Program-made: the position numbers and the translations under genes
Part shown: piece after piece, positions 16,840 to 25,315 of the stretch
Position numbering within the stretch: position 1 is the first letter of the stretch
Layout: each line of letters opens with the position of its first letter
Notes under the pieces: generated by a model
Database searches by the model: none
Seen by the model: only the letters and a program-made list of their open reading frames with translations
What the model was told of the DNA's origin: nothing
From: a virus
Lineage: Duplodnaviria; Caudoviricetes
Strand: one strand, 5' to 3'
DNA: 64,000 bases
Virus record (IMG/VR): IMGVR_UViG_3300049488_000018
Span: 7,279-71,278 of that record

Positions 16840-17067
16840 CTATCCATAGTAATGGCCAACACCTTTGTGTGTGAGCTTGAACCAATAACGTCTGAACTTA
16901 GAGGTATTGATACCCTCATAGACAACATCATCAGCAGCCTTTTGTGAATGGTAGAGCTCAGAGAGTTTTTTGTACTGAGCAGGGGAATACAACATAGAGA
17001 ATAGTAGTATGATCAGTACGACCAGTAGTATTATTCCTATGACCAACAACTTGTTTTCATACATCAT
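16840..17067 (-). CDS. Small membrane protein
   Basis: N-terminal TM; GGAGG RBS. Confidence 0.7.
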   Translation of the reverse strand: MMYENKLLVIGIILLVVLIILLFSMLYSPAQYKKLSELYHSQKAADDVVYEGINTSKFRRYWFKLTHKGVGHYYG

Positions 17068-17077
17068 ATGGAGCCTC

Positions 17078-17215
17078 CTACACTAGTGAGATAGATACGC
17101 CCACAAACTTGAGCACGCTATCAACTATAAGGTACTCAATGAGTATGTGAATCGTATAGGTGATGAGGCCTACTATGGCAGCCACGAGCCAGTTCCTTCT
17201 GATCCATTGAAACAT
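17078..17215 (-). CDS. Small membrane protein (45 aa)
   Basis: Hand-translated MFQWIRRNWLVAAIVGLITYTIHILIEYLIVDSVLKFVGVSISLV; GGAGGTG RBS. Confidence 0.6.
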   Translation of the reverse strand: MFQWIRRNWLVAAIVGLITYTIHILIEYLIVDSVLKFVGVSISLV

Positions 17216-17276
17216 GTTACCACCTCCCAAGAAGAGGGTGTTTGCGTGCTGGTTGTAAATATTATGGCTGATAAGA

Positions 17277-17314
17277 TAAAAGGAAGGGACTCCGGTTCAT
17301 AACTCCGGAGCCCC
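17277..17314 (-). terminator. Rho-independent terminator
   Basis: GGGGCTCCGG-loop-CCGGAGTCCC-TTCCTTTT right after the 17323 stop. Confidence 0.7.
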
Positions 17315-17322
17315 AACAGGTT

Positions 17323-17805
17323 TTAAATCTCGACAGCCCCAGCAACAGGGGTTTCACCGGCAACACCAGAGATGGCGGCGTCAGCAGTGAATGCGGCATT
17401 ACCACCGATAGGGGCAGCAGTGTCGCGGGGAACACGGACTTTGAACATATCCGCAGCAGCAGCCTGACGGCCAACCAGACCCTCGATAGGGTTCTCGGAC
17501 CATGCGCCCTGCTCAACAACGATTTCGGTCAAACCGGACAGCGTGGTGGTGGTACGATTGGCGCCTTCGCCATCAACCCACGGACGCTGTGACTGCTTCT
17601 CTGCTACGAACGACATTACATCGCCCTGCTGCAAGAACTGACCGACGGAATGAAACGTGGCCTCGTTCTCATAGAAGTTCACCTTGTCACCATTACCGAG
17701 CGTAACACTGATGGCCTTCTGCTGCTCCTGCGTCCACTTGTTCGTGATAATGGACCGGTCCAGTTTTCCAATCACTTCTGCCGTTACTACAATTTTCTTG
17801 GCCAT
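17323..17805 (-). CDS. Putative OB-fold single-stranded DNA-binding protein
   Basis: Beta-rich N-terminus; QRPWVDGEGANRTTT resembles the SSB L45 loop; flexible Ala/Pro tail with acidic end; own terminator; strong codon bias. Confidence 0.5.
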   Translation of the reverse strand: MAKKIVVTAEVIGKLDRSIITNKWTQEQQKAISVTLGNGDKVNFYENEATFHSVGQFLQQGDVMSFVAEKQSQRPWVDGEGANRTTTTLSGLTEIVVEQGAWSENPIEGLVGRQAAAADMFKVRVPRDTAAPIGGNAAFTADAAISGVAGETPVAGAVEI

Positions 17806-17854
17806 GATATGACCCCCTTTCAAAATGACCTGCATAAATACAGGCCTTACTGCT

Positions 17855-18192
17855 TTCAAGATTAGCTTCGGTACAAAATAGGAAGTTATTTATCCTATTC
17901 AAAGTTAGCCGGTTTTAAACAACATTACCGTACTAACTATCTTTTCAAAATTAGCTCACTCTACACTAATTTCATAGATAGCATGGTTCACCAAACACCA
18001 ACACTAAAACAAACACCGCCCACGCCTACCCCTTCATAATTAAACGTCCGTCATAATTAAATTTGCGTGGAGCAAAATGTGTTAAAGTACTACAATACAC
18101 AGTACTATGCCCTATGCACGGCGGTGATGCAATCATGTTACTATGCCACATGGAGGCGGTGAAGCGGTGTTACAATAGTGCACTACTATGCC
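17855..18192 (-). promoter_or_regulatory. Repeat-rich regulatory interval
   Basis: TTCAA(G/A)(A/G)TTAGC x3 (17855, 17898, 17944), TACTATGCC x3 (18103, 18139, 18184), TCATAATTAAA x2, GGCGGTGA x2. Confidence 0.6.
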
Positions 18193-18206
18193 ATGCACAA
18201 GGGCAA

Positions 18207-18237
18207 TAAAAAAAGGCCACCCCGAAGGGCAGCCTTT
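18207..18237 (-). terminator. Rho-independent terminator
   Basis: AAAGGCTGCCC-TTCG-GGGTGGCC-TTTTTTT; UUCG loop. Confidence 0.8.
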
Positions 18238-18241
18238 AATG

Positions 18242-18748
18242 TTATCGCTTGACTATATTGTACATAACACCAGCCATGTTTACTGTCCCAAGTATCTTAG
18301 GAGGCAGTGGAACAAGTTCTTTCTTGATATATACTACTCCGTTAAGATTGATCTCATCCATAACCTCAGGCACTCTCACGGGCATAGGTGCGGGCTCTAT
18401 TATTGTACACTGTTGCTGCACTGGTACGTGTATAACTGGCGGAGGCCTGAATGCCTCTACCATTGTTGGGGGAGTAAATGGTGCACCAAAATGGAAACAA
18501 CCAGGCGATGTTCTGCACTCATATGGTATCTTCCTATTGGTAGCTCCAATAAGTTTGAATGTGGCATTATATGCATCTGCCGCTCTTTGTGCTTCTGGAA
18601 TATCCCTGTAGACAACCTTGCCACATGTCAGACACTTGCAGTTAGTTGCACCGTTCTCACGAATCTCCTGTTCAACAACTAGATTAAGAAGTGATTTGTC
18701 TATGGCAACATGCTTAGTCCTACCTGGTTTATTGTATCTCTTTGTCAT
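18242..18748 (-). CDS. Zinc-finger protein with Pro-rich linker
   Basis: CKCLTCGKVVY..IPEA...YECRTSPGCFHF. Confidence 0.75.
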   Translation of the reverse strand: MTKRYNKPGRTKHVAIDKSLLNLVVEQEIRENGATNCKCLTCGKVVYRDIPEAQRAADAYNATFKLIGATNRKIPYECRTSPGCFHFGAPFTPPTMVEAFRPPPVIHVPVQQQCTIIEPAPMPVRVPEVMDEINLNGVVYIKKELVPLPPKILGTVNMAGVMYNIVKR

Positions 18749-18796
18749 TTACTATATCCTTTCGGGCAGTTTAACGACATGCCCAGGTCATTAGTG

Positions 18797-21772
18797 TTAG
18801 TCCATCTGGGACAGAGCAATAGCAGCCTTGATGGCTTCCTTATCAGCAGCCTTCTGACGGTTGAGCTGGAGAGCAGCCTTGATCTCCTCCATATGAGGAT
18901 TCACGCAAGGGAACTCACCACGTGCCACAGCGCGCTTGTTGATGAGCTCAGCCAGGTACAGAGTGGCTTCCTCAAGCACGTTCCAGATAGCCCCACCAGT
19001 CTTAGCGTAAGGCTGTGTGGTTTCCTCACCAGCATCGTTCAGCATCGGCTTAGTACCACGACCAAAGCCCTTAACACCGAGAGCAACAGCCAACTGACGC
19101 TGGTACTGGATAGATGCAGGGCACTCAGCATCCGTGAACATATTAACCATCTTCTGGTTGATGAGTGAACGATGAGTTTCCTTGAGCAGACCAAAGGCCT
19201 CTTTACGCTCATCTTCTGGGTAGGAGAGATACTTGATACTCTCAGCCTTGTGATTGTTAGCCATCCAAACAGCCATCTCGTTAACAGATGCCCAGTTGAA
19301 TGCATACACACCACCCTTGGCATGATTGGCCTGAATCTCCTTCTGCAGGTTGTTGCACTGCAGGAACAGCCACTCAGAGTCATTGATATCGGAGTTCTTC
19401 TCGATACCCTTGATACCCTTCATAGCCACGAAGAAATCATGGTAAGGATGATCAGCGTGTGGCTTGGCATCATTGATGAGCTTGATGCGCTCCAAGAAGC
19501 GACCAGTATCCTTGAGGTAAGGCTTACCAGCATCCTTACGCAGCAGGCGGTAAGTGAGAGGAGCATTCTTAAGCTCAGCCATCTTACCATTGACACCGTA
19601 GGTCTTAACGATCTCAGCCTTGGCATCATCAGCGACACCAGCATCAGTATGCTTGAGTCCATCAATAGCATCCTGGCGCAACTGAGAAAGAACCATGAGT
19701 TCAAGCACAGTCATGGGATTACCCATGTACATACGCTCCTCAATGATCTGGCGAGTAGTGAGGTCGAGGCTACCAGTATCGGCAGCAGACTTCAGTACGG
19801 ACAGTCCAACAGACATATGCTCATTGAGATATGCCTCCATGGTTGGCAGCTTAGCAGGGAACTGCTTAGCGGTCTTAGCCTCAGGCACAGGACGGCGGAG
19901 GCACTGGAACATACGATCACTCGTATTAGCGATGAGTGTCTCGTACTTAATGGTATCGCCATCCACATCCCCATACATGGAGTAGATAGCCTGCCACGAC
20001 ATGAGTATCGCATCGTGAGAGTCATTGAAGCCAGCAACAATGAAGGTCATGAGATTGGAAGGCCCAACGTTCGGGTCACGTCCAAGGTCAATCTTGTCAC
20101 CAATAGCAATCTTGCCCACAAACTTTGCAGTCTTAGGCAGAGTGCAGTAGTACTGGAGTTTGCCAGTCTCAGCTTCGAGAGCATTCTCCTTGGCATCGAG
20201 AGTATCGCAGCCCTGGATATAGTAACCATCCTTGTCAATCTGGACCTTGATACCGTTGTCCTTGTAGTAGGACTCGAGGCGAGAGTACAGGGAATCGCGG
20301 AACATGCGAGGTGCTTTCCATCCACCATTGATGTAGCGACTGAACATGAGCTTAACAGGCACGCCAAGAGCATCTTCCCAACGTGCATCCTCATCAGCAG
20401 TGAGAACCTTGAGGATGGCTTCCAACTCCAACTCAGCAGCATGCTTGATGGTCTCAGCCTTGTCCAAGATACCGTGGCCGTTGAGAACCTCGCGAGTCCT
20501 CTGCATATCACTGTTAGCAACACACTGTGCACCCATGGACGAAGACCAGGACTTCATCTTGGTCTTGACATTGCGGATGTTGGTGATAGGGATCTCCAGA
20601 ATATCCCCATGCTTGTAATTCCAAGCGAGAGTCTTGAGGTTATCCTTCGTGATGAAGGCATCCTGGGTTTCAGGGGCATAGCCATGACGTTCACACTTGC
20701 GCATGTACTCATTGTCATCGGCATACACCTTAGCCTTGATGGCAGGCATAACCTTACCAGCCACATCGAAACCAGAGGCACGCATCTGCCAGTTACGGTT
20801 AATCTTCTTAACCTTGGCATTAGGCTTAGGCAGACCAGTGCTGTGGTCGATGTCAGCATGACGCCAGAACTCCATCCACACCTTAGTGATGATGTCACCA
20901 TCATTCTCAGGGTAGCCACCAATGGTGAGCTGTGCATCCAGTACACGGAACTTCATGGTCTGGATGTTGGAGTACTCAGGCTTGATCTCAATGCCAGTAG
21001 GAGTCATGATCGGCAGGATCACTTTCCAGAGGTTGAGCGCACGGACATCGCACCCAAAGAAGGCATCCCAATCACGCTTAGGCAGTACGCCCATCACGCA
21101 ATCCTCCTTCTTGATATTCCCAACTGCTATACGAATGTCGTCACCAGTCTTACCATTGGCAACGTCATTCTTTGTGAGCTCACGCAGATAGCGCTGGAGA
21201 CACGCAGCCTTATCACCGGCATCCTTGGATGCAATGGTGACAAACTTGATGCCAGGGATATTGCGGAAAGCAGAGGCCTTAGCAACCTCGATGTCACCAT
21301 TCTTGGCTACAATGGTGTCCACTACACGTACCTTGCGACCATCCTGGATAATGTGCTTGTAGATTGGCCAAATGACCAGTCCTCTTACCTTCTCGGTCTG
21401 AGGCTGGAGCTGTACGCCACCAATGGTGGGACGGAACTGCTTGGACTTCATGTGTTTGTTCTTCATGGTGCGTGCCTCCTTAGGGCGTGTTGGTACCACA
21501 ACAGCGGGTGTGGTGTTCCCGTTAGGCAACTCGAGCGCATCGAGATTGGCCATCATCTGGTTAACATCATCTATAGTGATAGAGCCCTTAGGATCTGTTC
21601 CAAGAGCTACAACTGTGGCCATGAGCTCATGCTCTTTGGCCAGTTTGAAGAGCCTGTCCTGGATCCACTCAGGAAGGGCAAGGACCTCATCATCAGATGC
21701 AGATGTGAGGAATTCGTGTGCTGCTGCCGGTGACAAGACGGCTGTTGTTGAGTCGGGACGTGTGGATGACAT
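18797..21772 (-). CDS. Single-subunit two-barrel (DPBB) RNA polymerase, YonO/RdRP-like
   Basis: Catalytic GDVDGD at about aa 601-606 (nt 19955-19972), RxP motif GRDPN ~37 aa upstream, WQMR..IKAK at about aa 328-347, and ITKDNLK ~25 aa further; spacing matches two-barrel polymerases. Confidence 0.85.
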   Translation of the reverse strand: MSSTRPDSTTAVLSPAAAHEFLTSASDDEVLALPEWIQDRLFKLAKEHELMATVVALGTDPKGSITIDDVNQMMANLDALELPNGNTTPAVVVPTRPKEARTMKNKHMKSKQFRPTIGGVQLQPQTEKVRGLVIWPIYKHIIQDGRKVRVVDTIVAKNGDIEVAKASAFRNIPGIKFVTIASKDAGDKAACLQRYLRELTKNDVANGKTGDDIRIAVGNIKKEDCVMGVLPKRDWDAFFGCDVRALNLWKVILPIMTPTGIEIKPEYSNIQTMKFRVLDAQLTIGGYPENDGDIITKVWMEFWRHADIDHSTGLPKPNAKVKKINRNWQMRASGFDVAGKVMPAIKAKVYADDNEYMRKCERHGYAPETQDAFITKDNLKTLAWNYKHGDILEIPITNIRNVKTKMKSWSSSMGAQCVANSDMQRTREVLNGHGILDKAETIKHAAELELEAILKVLTADEDARWEDALGVPVKLMFSRYINGGWKAPRMFRDSLYSRLESYYKDNGIKVQIDKDGYYIQGCDTLDAKENALEAETGKLQYYCTLPKTAKFVGKIAIGDKIDLGRDPNVGPSNLMTFIVAGFNDSHDAILMSWQAIYSMYGDVDGDTIKYETLIANTSDRMFQCLRRPVPEAKTAKQFPAKLPTMEAYLNEHMSVGLSVLKSAADTGSLDLTTRQIIEERMYMGNPMTVLELMVLSQLRQDAIDGLKHTDAGVADDAKAEIVKTYGVNGKMAELKNAPLTYRLLRKDAGKPYLKDTGRFLERIKLINDAKPHADHPYHDFFVAMKGIKGIEKNSDINDSEWLFLQCNNLQKEIQANHAKGGVYAFNWASVNEMAVWMANNHKAESIKYLSYPEDERKEAFGLLKETHRSLINQKMVNMFTDAECPASIQYQRQLAVALGVKGFGRGTKPMLNDAGEETTQPYAKTGGAIWNVLEEATLYLAELINKRAVARGEFPCVNPHMEEIKAALQLNRQKAADKEAIKAAIALSQMD

Positions 21773-21821
21773 AAGTCACCTCCTGTGCGTACTATGCTCG
21801 CCAGCTATTGGTACTGCTAAT

Positions 21822-21851
21822 AAAAAAAGGGCTCTGTACGAGCAGCCCTTT
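21822..21851 (-). terminator. Terminator-like hairpin 50 nt upstream of the RNAP gene
   Basis: AAAGGGCT-GCTCGTACAG-AGCCCTTTTTTT-ATTAG. Confidence 0.75.
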
Positions 21852-21855
21852 ATTG

Positions 21856-22008
21856 TTATCCACATACCCTACAAGTGCCTTCATATATTTCGATCATTGC
21901 AGTCTTGATTAGTCCCTTGCCATCACGGCCAAGTTCTGTAGCCATAAGCTCTTTGACACAGTCTTCGCAAATACACTGATAATGGTGTGGCCAATAGTAC
22001 AATCTCAT
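21856..22008 (-). CDS. Micro zinc-ribbon protein (50 aa)
   Basis: Hand-translated MRLYYWPHHYQCICEDC...GTCRVCG; ends just before the terminator. Confidence 0.6.
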   Translation of the reverse strand: MRLYYWPHHYQCICEDCVKELMATELGRDGKGLIKTAMIEIYEGTCRVCG

Positions 22009-22286
22009 GAGCTGCCACCCCTCTTCCAGTAGTTACCATCACCGAGGCACGTACCATATCCACATGGCCCACGATATAGGCCCTGCTGATGGAATACGCT
22101 GACATCTACGCTAACCATAGCACTCTTTATTGTGAGCTCAATGTCACCAGTATTAGCTAGCTGTCTGTCTATAAGCCCCATCCTTTGTGACAACTTGCGC
22201 CTAGCAGTATTGTCGGATGTCTCTTTGCGCTGTTTGTCGAGCTCGAAATACTCAGTCCTTAGTTTCTCTCTGTCTGTTACGAACAT
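22005..22286 (-). CDS. Hypothetical protein (93 aa)
   Basis: GGAGG RBS. Confidence 0.7.
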   Translation of the reverse strand: MFVTDREKLRTEYFELDKQRKETSDNTARRKLSQRMGLIDRQLANTGDIELTIKSAMVSVDVSVFHQQGLYRGPCGYGTCLGDGNYWKRGGSS

Positions 22287-22978
22287 TTGACGCCTCCATG
22301 TTTAGTGTTTATTCTCTCTATGAGAGCTTGCTTAGTATATACCTTGCCCCATCCATGCAGGCGGCCAGTGTTCTTATTTCTTTCATATGTTTCTTGAGGA
22401 TGGTAGAATAGGTCATCATTTAGCTTAACCAGTATTCTACTAGTGAGCCTTGCCATGCACTCAGCACTCTGCTCGAACATATGGACCCAGTGCCCGCGCT
22501 TATTCTTCTGTACCTTCATTGGATACTCACCAATAGAGTAGTCAATGATGAATGCGGTGCTAGGCTTAATCTGGACTAGTGCTACTTGCTCACGTGTATC
22601 AATGCGCTCAAACACAAGCCCATCTTTACATACAAGCGGTGGGCGTTGTACTATTACTGGTGGTAGTTTGTATTCTCTATCTACCGGTGCATCCCAGTAC
22701 AGCTTATTCCCCATACGGTCAACCCTAGGCGCCACTACTGCCTTAGGCACTTCTATTACAGGCTTGTTAAGCAGGATAACTGCAATGATAACTGGGAGCA
22801 GTCTATTGAGCTCTCTCAGCTCACATATCTCTCCTTTGCCTCTGCCATGCTTGAAGTGGCTTGTAACTGGAGCGAAGCACATCCATGCGCCAACCTCCTC
22901 GCCACACCAAGGGCATATTCCAATGTCACCCTTCTCTGGGGCTTTTAGCTCCCCTTTACTATTCAGTGCGTAGAACAT
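22277..22978 (-). CDS. CoiA-like protein (N-terminal Zn motif)
   Basis: GICPWCGEEV...SHFKH..GEIC; GAGGAG RBS before the ATG at 22978. Confidence 0.55.
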   Translation of the reverse strand: MFYALNSKGELKAPEKGDIGICPWCGEEVGAWMCFAPVTSHFKHGRGKGEICELRELNRLLPVIIAVILLNKPVIEVPKAVVAPRVDRMGNKLYWDAPVDREYKLPPVIVQRPPLVCKDGLVFERIDTREQVALVQIKPSTAFIIDYSIGEYPMKVQKNKRGHWVHMFEQSAECMARLTSRILVKLNDDLFYHPQETYERNKNTGRLHGWGKVYTKQALIERINTKHGGVKCS

Positions 22979-23084
22979 ATGCCATCTCCTCTCTTGTGAG
23001 TACATCCCAGTCACCATTCCACCATACCCGATGCTCGCCATTAGGGAAACGTACTACTGTGCCCTGCGTTAGTGTGTTTTCCAT
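22959..23084 (-). CDS. Micro protein (41 aa)
   Basis: MENTLTQGTVVRFPNGEHRVWWNGDWDVLTREEMAYVLRTE; GGAGG RBS. Confidence 0.55.
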   Translation of the reverse strand: MENTLTQGTVVRFPNGEHRVWWNGDWDVLTREEMAYVLRTE

Positions 23085-23086
23085 GG

Positions 23087-23557
23087 TTACTTCCTCCCTT
23101 TAGCATATTCCTGTATTGCCGCTTCTACATCAGCGACTGATCCTGTGAACGTCACAGTAACCGTAGCCCTTGTTTTAGGCTTGTGCATCATGTCATCCAG
23201 GGACTTTACTGTACCATTCTTGACCTTCTCCTGCATGGGCACCTTGAGCTGCTTACCACCGCCTGCTTTGAACTTCCACAGGTCAAGTGTGTTATAGAGC
23301 AGGTTCGCCATAGCAGACGTCCCTACTTCCTTCATGACTGCATGATTCCAGCCATGGCCCTTGTGTCCCATTTTCTCACCATTGGGGAATCTCCACTGGC
23401 GCATGTTATCAGGGCCTCCCATATCCCTGAAGCCGACCATGACGATCTCTGGAGGGGTCATAGACATCCTATCCATGATGTCCTTCACTGTCAGTGCCGG
23501 GTCACAGATCACTGCGATGTGCTTCTTTTCTGTTACGATGATAACGCGCTTTTCCAT
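23087..23557 (-). CDS. Hypothetical protein (156 aa)
   Basis: GGAGG RBS. Confidence 0.75.
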   Translation of the reverse strand: MEKRVIIVTEKKHIAVICDPALTVKDIMDRMSMTPPEIVMVGFRDMGGPDNMRQWRFPNGEKMGHKGHGWNHAVMKEVGTSAMANLLYNTLDLWKFKAGGGKQLKVPMQEKVKNGTVKSLDDMMHKPKTRATVTVTFTGSVADVEAAIQEYAKGRK

Positions 23558-23601
23558 TGTTGCCTCCTATAGCCCTAAGGCCCTTTCTAGTACTGCCTAA
23601 T

Positions 23602-23630
23602 AAAAAAGGGGCTCTATACAAGCAGCCCCT
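23602..23630 (-). terminator. Terminator-like hairpin
   Basis: AGGGGCT-GCTTGTATAG-AGCCCCTTTTTT-ATTAG; near copy of 21822-21851. Confidence 0.75.
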
Positions 23631-23756
23631 CTATACGCCCCCTTATGCTACATAGTCCAATGGTACACTGTGTGCTTGATCTCTGCCCTACGTAGCTTGC
23701 TTACACTGCTAGCTGACAGAGTACGGACCTTCCTACCTACCTTGAGTACGCACATG

Positions 23757-23936
23757 TTATGCCCCCTTTCTGGTACTATGCCGCTTCTGCAGTAGTACCT
23801 GCTGTATGATGCCCTCTGTGCTACGCAGTAGGTTAGCCCTACGCTGTGCCTCACGCCTGGCTGCCCTACGCTCCATTGCCCACATGCATGCCCCGCCTAC
23901 TAGTGCTACTATGCCTATCCAATGTGCTACCTGCAT
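23757..23936 (-). CDS. Small membrane protein (59 aa)
   Basis: MQVAHWIGIVALVGGACMWAMERRAARRE..; AAGGAGG RBS. Confidence 0.6.
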   Translation of the reverse strand: MQVAHWIGIVALVGGACMWAMERRAARREAQRRANLLRSTEGIIQQVLLQKRHSTRKGA

Positions 23937-23979
23937 ATGCTGCCTCCTTGCCCTATTGGGCCCATCTGATACCTCTAAT

Positions 23980-24002
23980 AAAAAAGGGGCTTATTAGGCC
24001 CC
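23980..24002 (-). terminator. Terminator-like hairpin
   Basis: GGGGC-CTAATAA-GCCCC-TTTTTT-ATTAG. Confidence 0.7.
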
Positions 24003-24010
24003 TTAGTGTG

Positions 24011-24199
24011 CTAGTAGATGTTATTGATATGTGCCTTATGTGGCGCTACTACCTTGCTGTGCTTGCCTACCTTGTAGATACGTGCTGCCTTGCGCTTGTT
24101 ATCTGAGATGTTCTCCTCGCATACACGGGAGAAGCCTGCATACCCACCTGTCTCATATGCTACTGTCTTACGGATAGCTACGTGTCCGATGTTGCTCAT
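24011..24199 (-). CDS. Small basic protein (62 aa)
   Basis: GGAGGG RBS. Confidence 0.6.
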   Translation of the reverse strand: MSNIGHVAIRKTVAYETGGYAGFSRVCEENISDNKRKAARIYKVGKHSKVVAPHKAHINNIY

Positions 24200-24231
24200 G
24201 ATACCCTCCATTGTGTGCTGGGCTATTAACC

Positions 24232-24411
24232 CTATATGATACCCTCATCCTTAGCTTCTGCCTCATCCATACGCGCATAGTAGTTAGCTACCTTAGCACT
24301 CTCTACCCCTGATGTATCCTCAGGCTTAGTGAGGTTTACATAGGTACATTTGTTATTAGACATAGCTGCTATCTGCTCTGCCCATGCCTCATCACTCATT
24401 AGGAAACTCAT
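24232..24411 (-). CDS. First gene of the leftward block (59 aa)
   Basis: AAAGGAG RBS. Confidence 0.6.
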   Translation of the reverse strand: MSFLMSDEAWAEQIAAMSNNKCTYVNLTKPEDTSGVESAKVANYYARMDEAEAKDEGII

Positions 24412-24893
24412 GGTTATTCTCCTTTCTATATTTATTGACACATATTATTCTGAAGCCGGGGTTGCAAATAGTCTCCATTCCTACCCTCCCACACCCTACA
24501 TAGTCTATTCCCTACTCTCCAACTTTCCAACTCCCATCCATATAAATATATAAACTCAAAATATATAAAAACCAATTCCGAATCTCCCCACAACCTTGCC
24601 CTAAAATACAAAAATATCAAAAACAAACTCAACTCAACCTTTTCAACTACTTACAGCTGATCTTTTCCAGTTATGAAGGGTACCACTTTAACCTTGTACC
24701 TTTCCAAACTGCTTCTCATTCTGTACAATGATAATTATTCTTTACAAAAACCCCTTACTTTGCATATTCTACTTTACATTATATTCTTTCCATAGTACCT
24801 TATAATAAGGAACACGGCATGTACCCGTTATTAACAACGTGAAGCGAAAGCTTTAACAACCGTAAGTCATTACTTGCGCGGAGGAATCTACTA

Positions 24894-25295
24894 TTGTTAA
24901 CCTCAATTCTCTATGGCTTCGTAATCTGGTTTAATGTAGGATTAGCGTCTCAAGTGATTTTAACGACGTTTGACGGCCTTTTAAACAGAAGGTGGCCCTA
25001 CCATTGGGCCGATGCTTATAATTACTTCCTAGCGGCTATGTTTGGCTTTATCAGTGCATTTAACTGTTACTTATTCATGGTTCAGTTTGCTATTGACCCA
25101 GACTCCTTCGTAGTAGATGACGAAGAGGGTAATTATGAAGGCGAAGAGCTTACGGAAGAAATGAAGAATGCTTCAGAAGAAGAGATAATTGTAATAGCCG
25201 GACTAACCAAAGAAGAACAGAACGGCGTAATGGAATATGTAAATGATCTTTTACAGTCCAGACCACGACCAACGGAGAAAGAAGATGGTGAATGA
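24894..25295 (+). CDS. Membrane protein with acidic C-terminus
   Basis: GGAGG then TTG; two hydrophobic segments followed by an E/D-rich tail. Confidence 0.7.
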   Translation: MLTSILYGFVIWFNVGLASQVILTTFDGLLNRRWPYHWADAYNYFLAAMFGFISAFNCYLFMVQFAIDPDSFVVDDEEGNYEGEELTEEMKNASEEEIIVIAGLTKEEQNGVMEYVNDLLQSRPRPTEKEDGE

Positions 25296-25315
25296 CATAA
25301 TCGTTAGCCTGTACC

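Noticed and set aside
18120-18170. TCACCGCC resemblance to lambda operator half-sites
   Set aside because: The copies are direct rather than palindromic and there is no CI/Cro-like gene nearby; treated as a generic repeat.
19172-21733. 853-aa plus-strand ORF
   Set aside because: Exact antisense shadow of the RNAP gene, explained by its codon bias. No motifs, no RBS, and it opposes the direction of the block.
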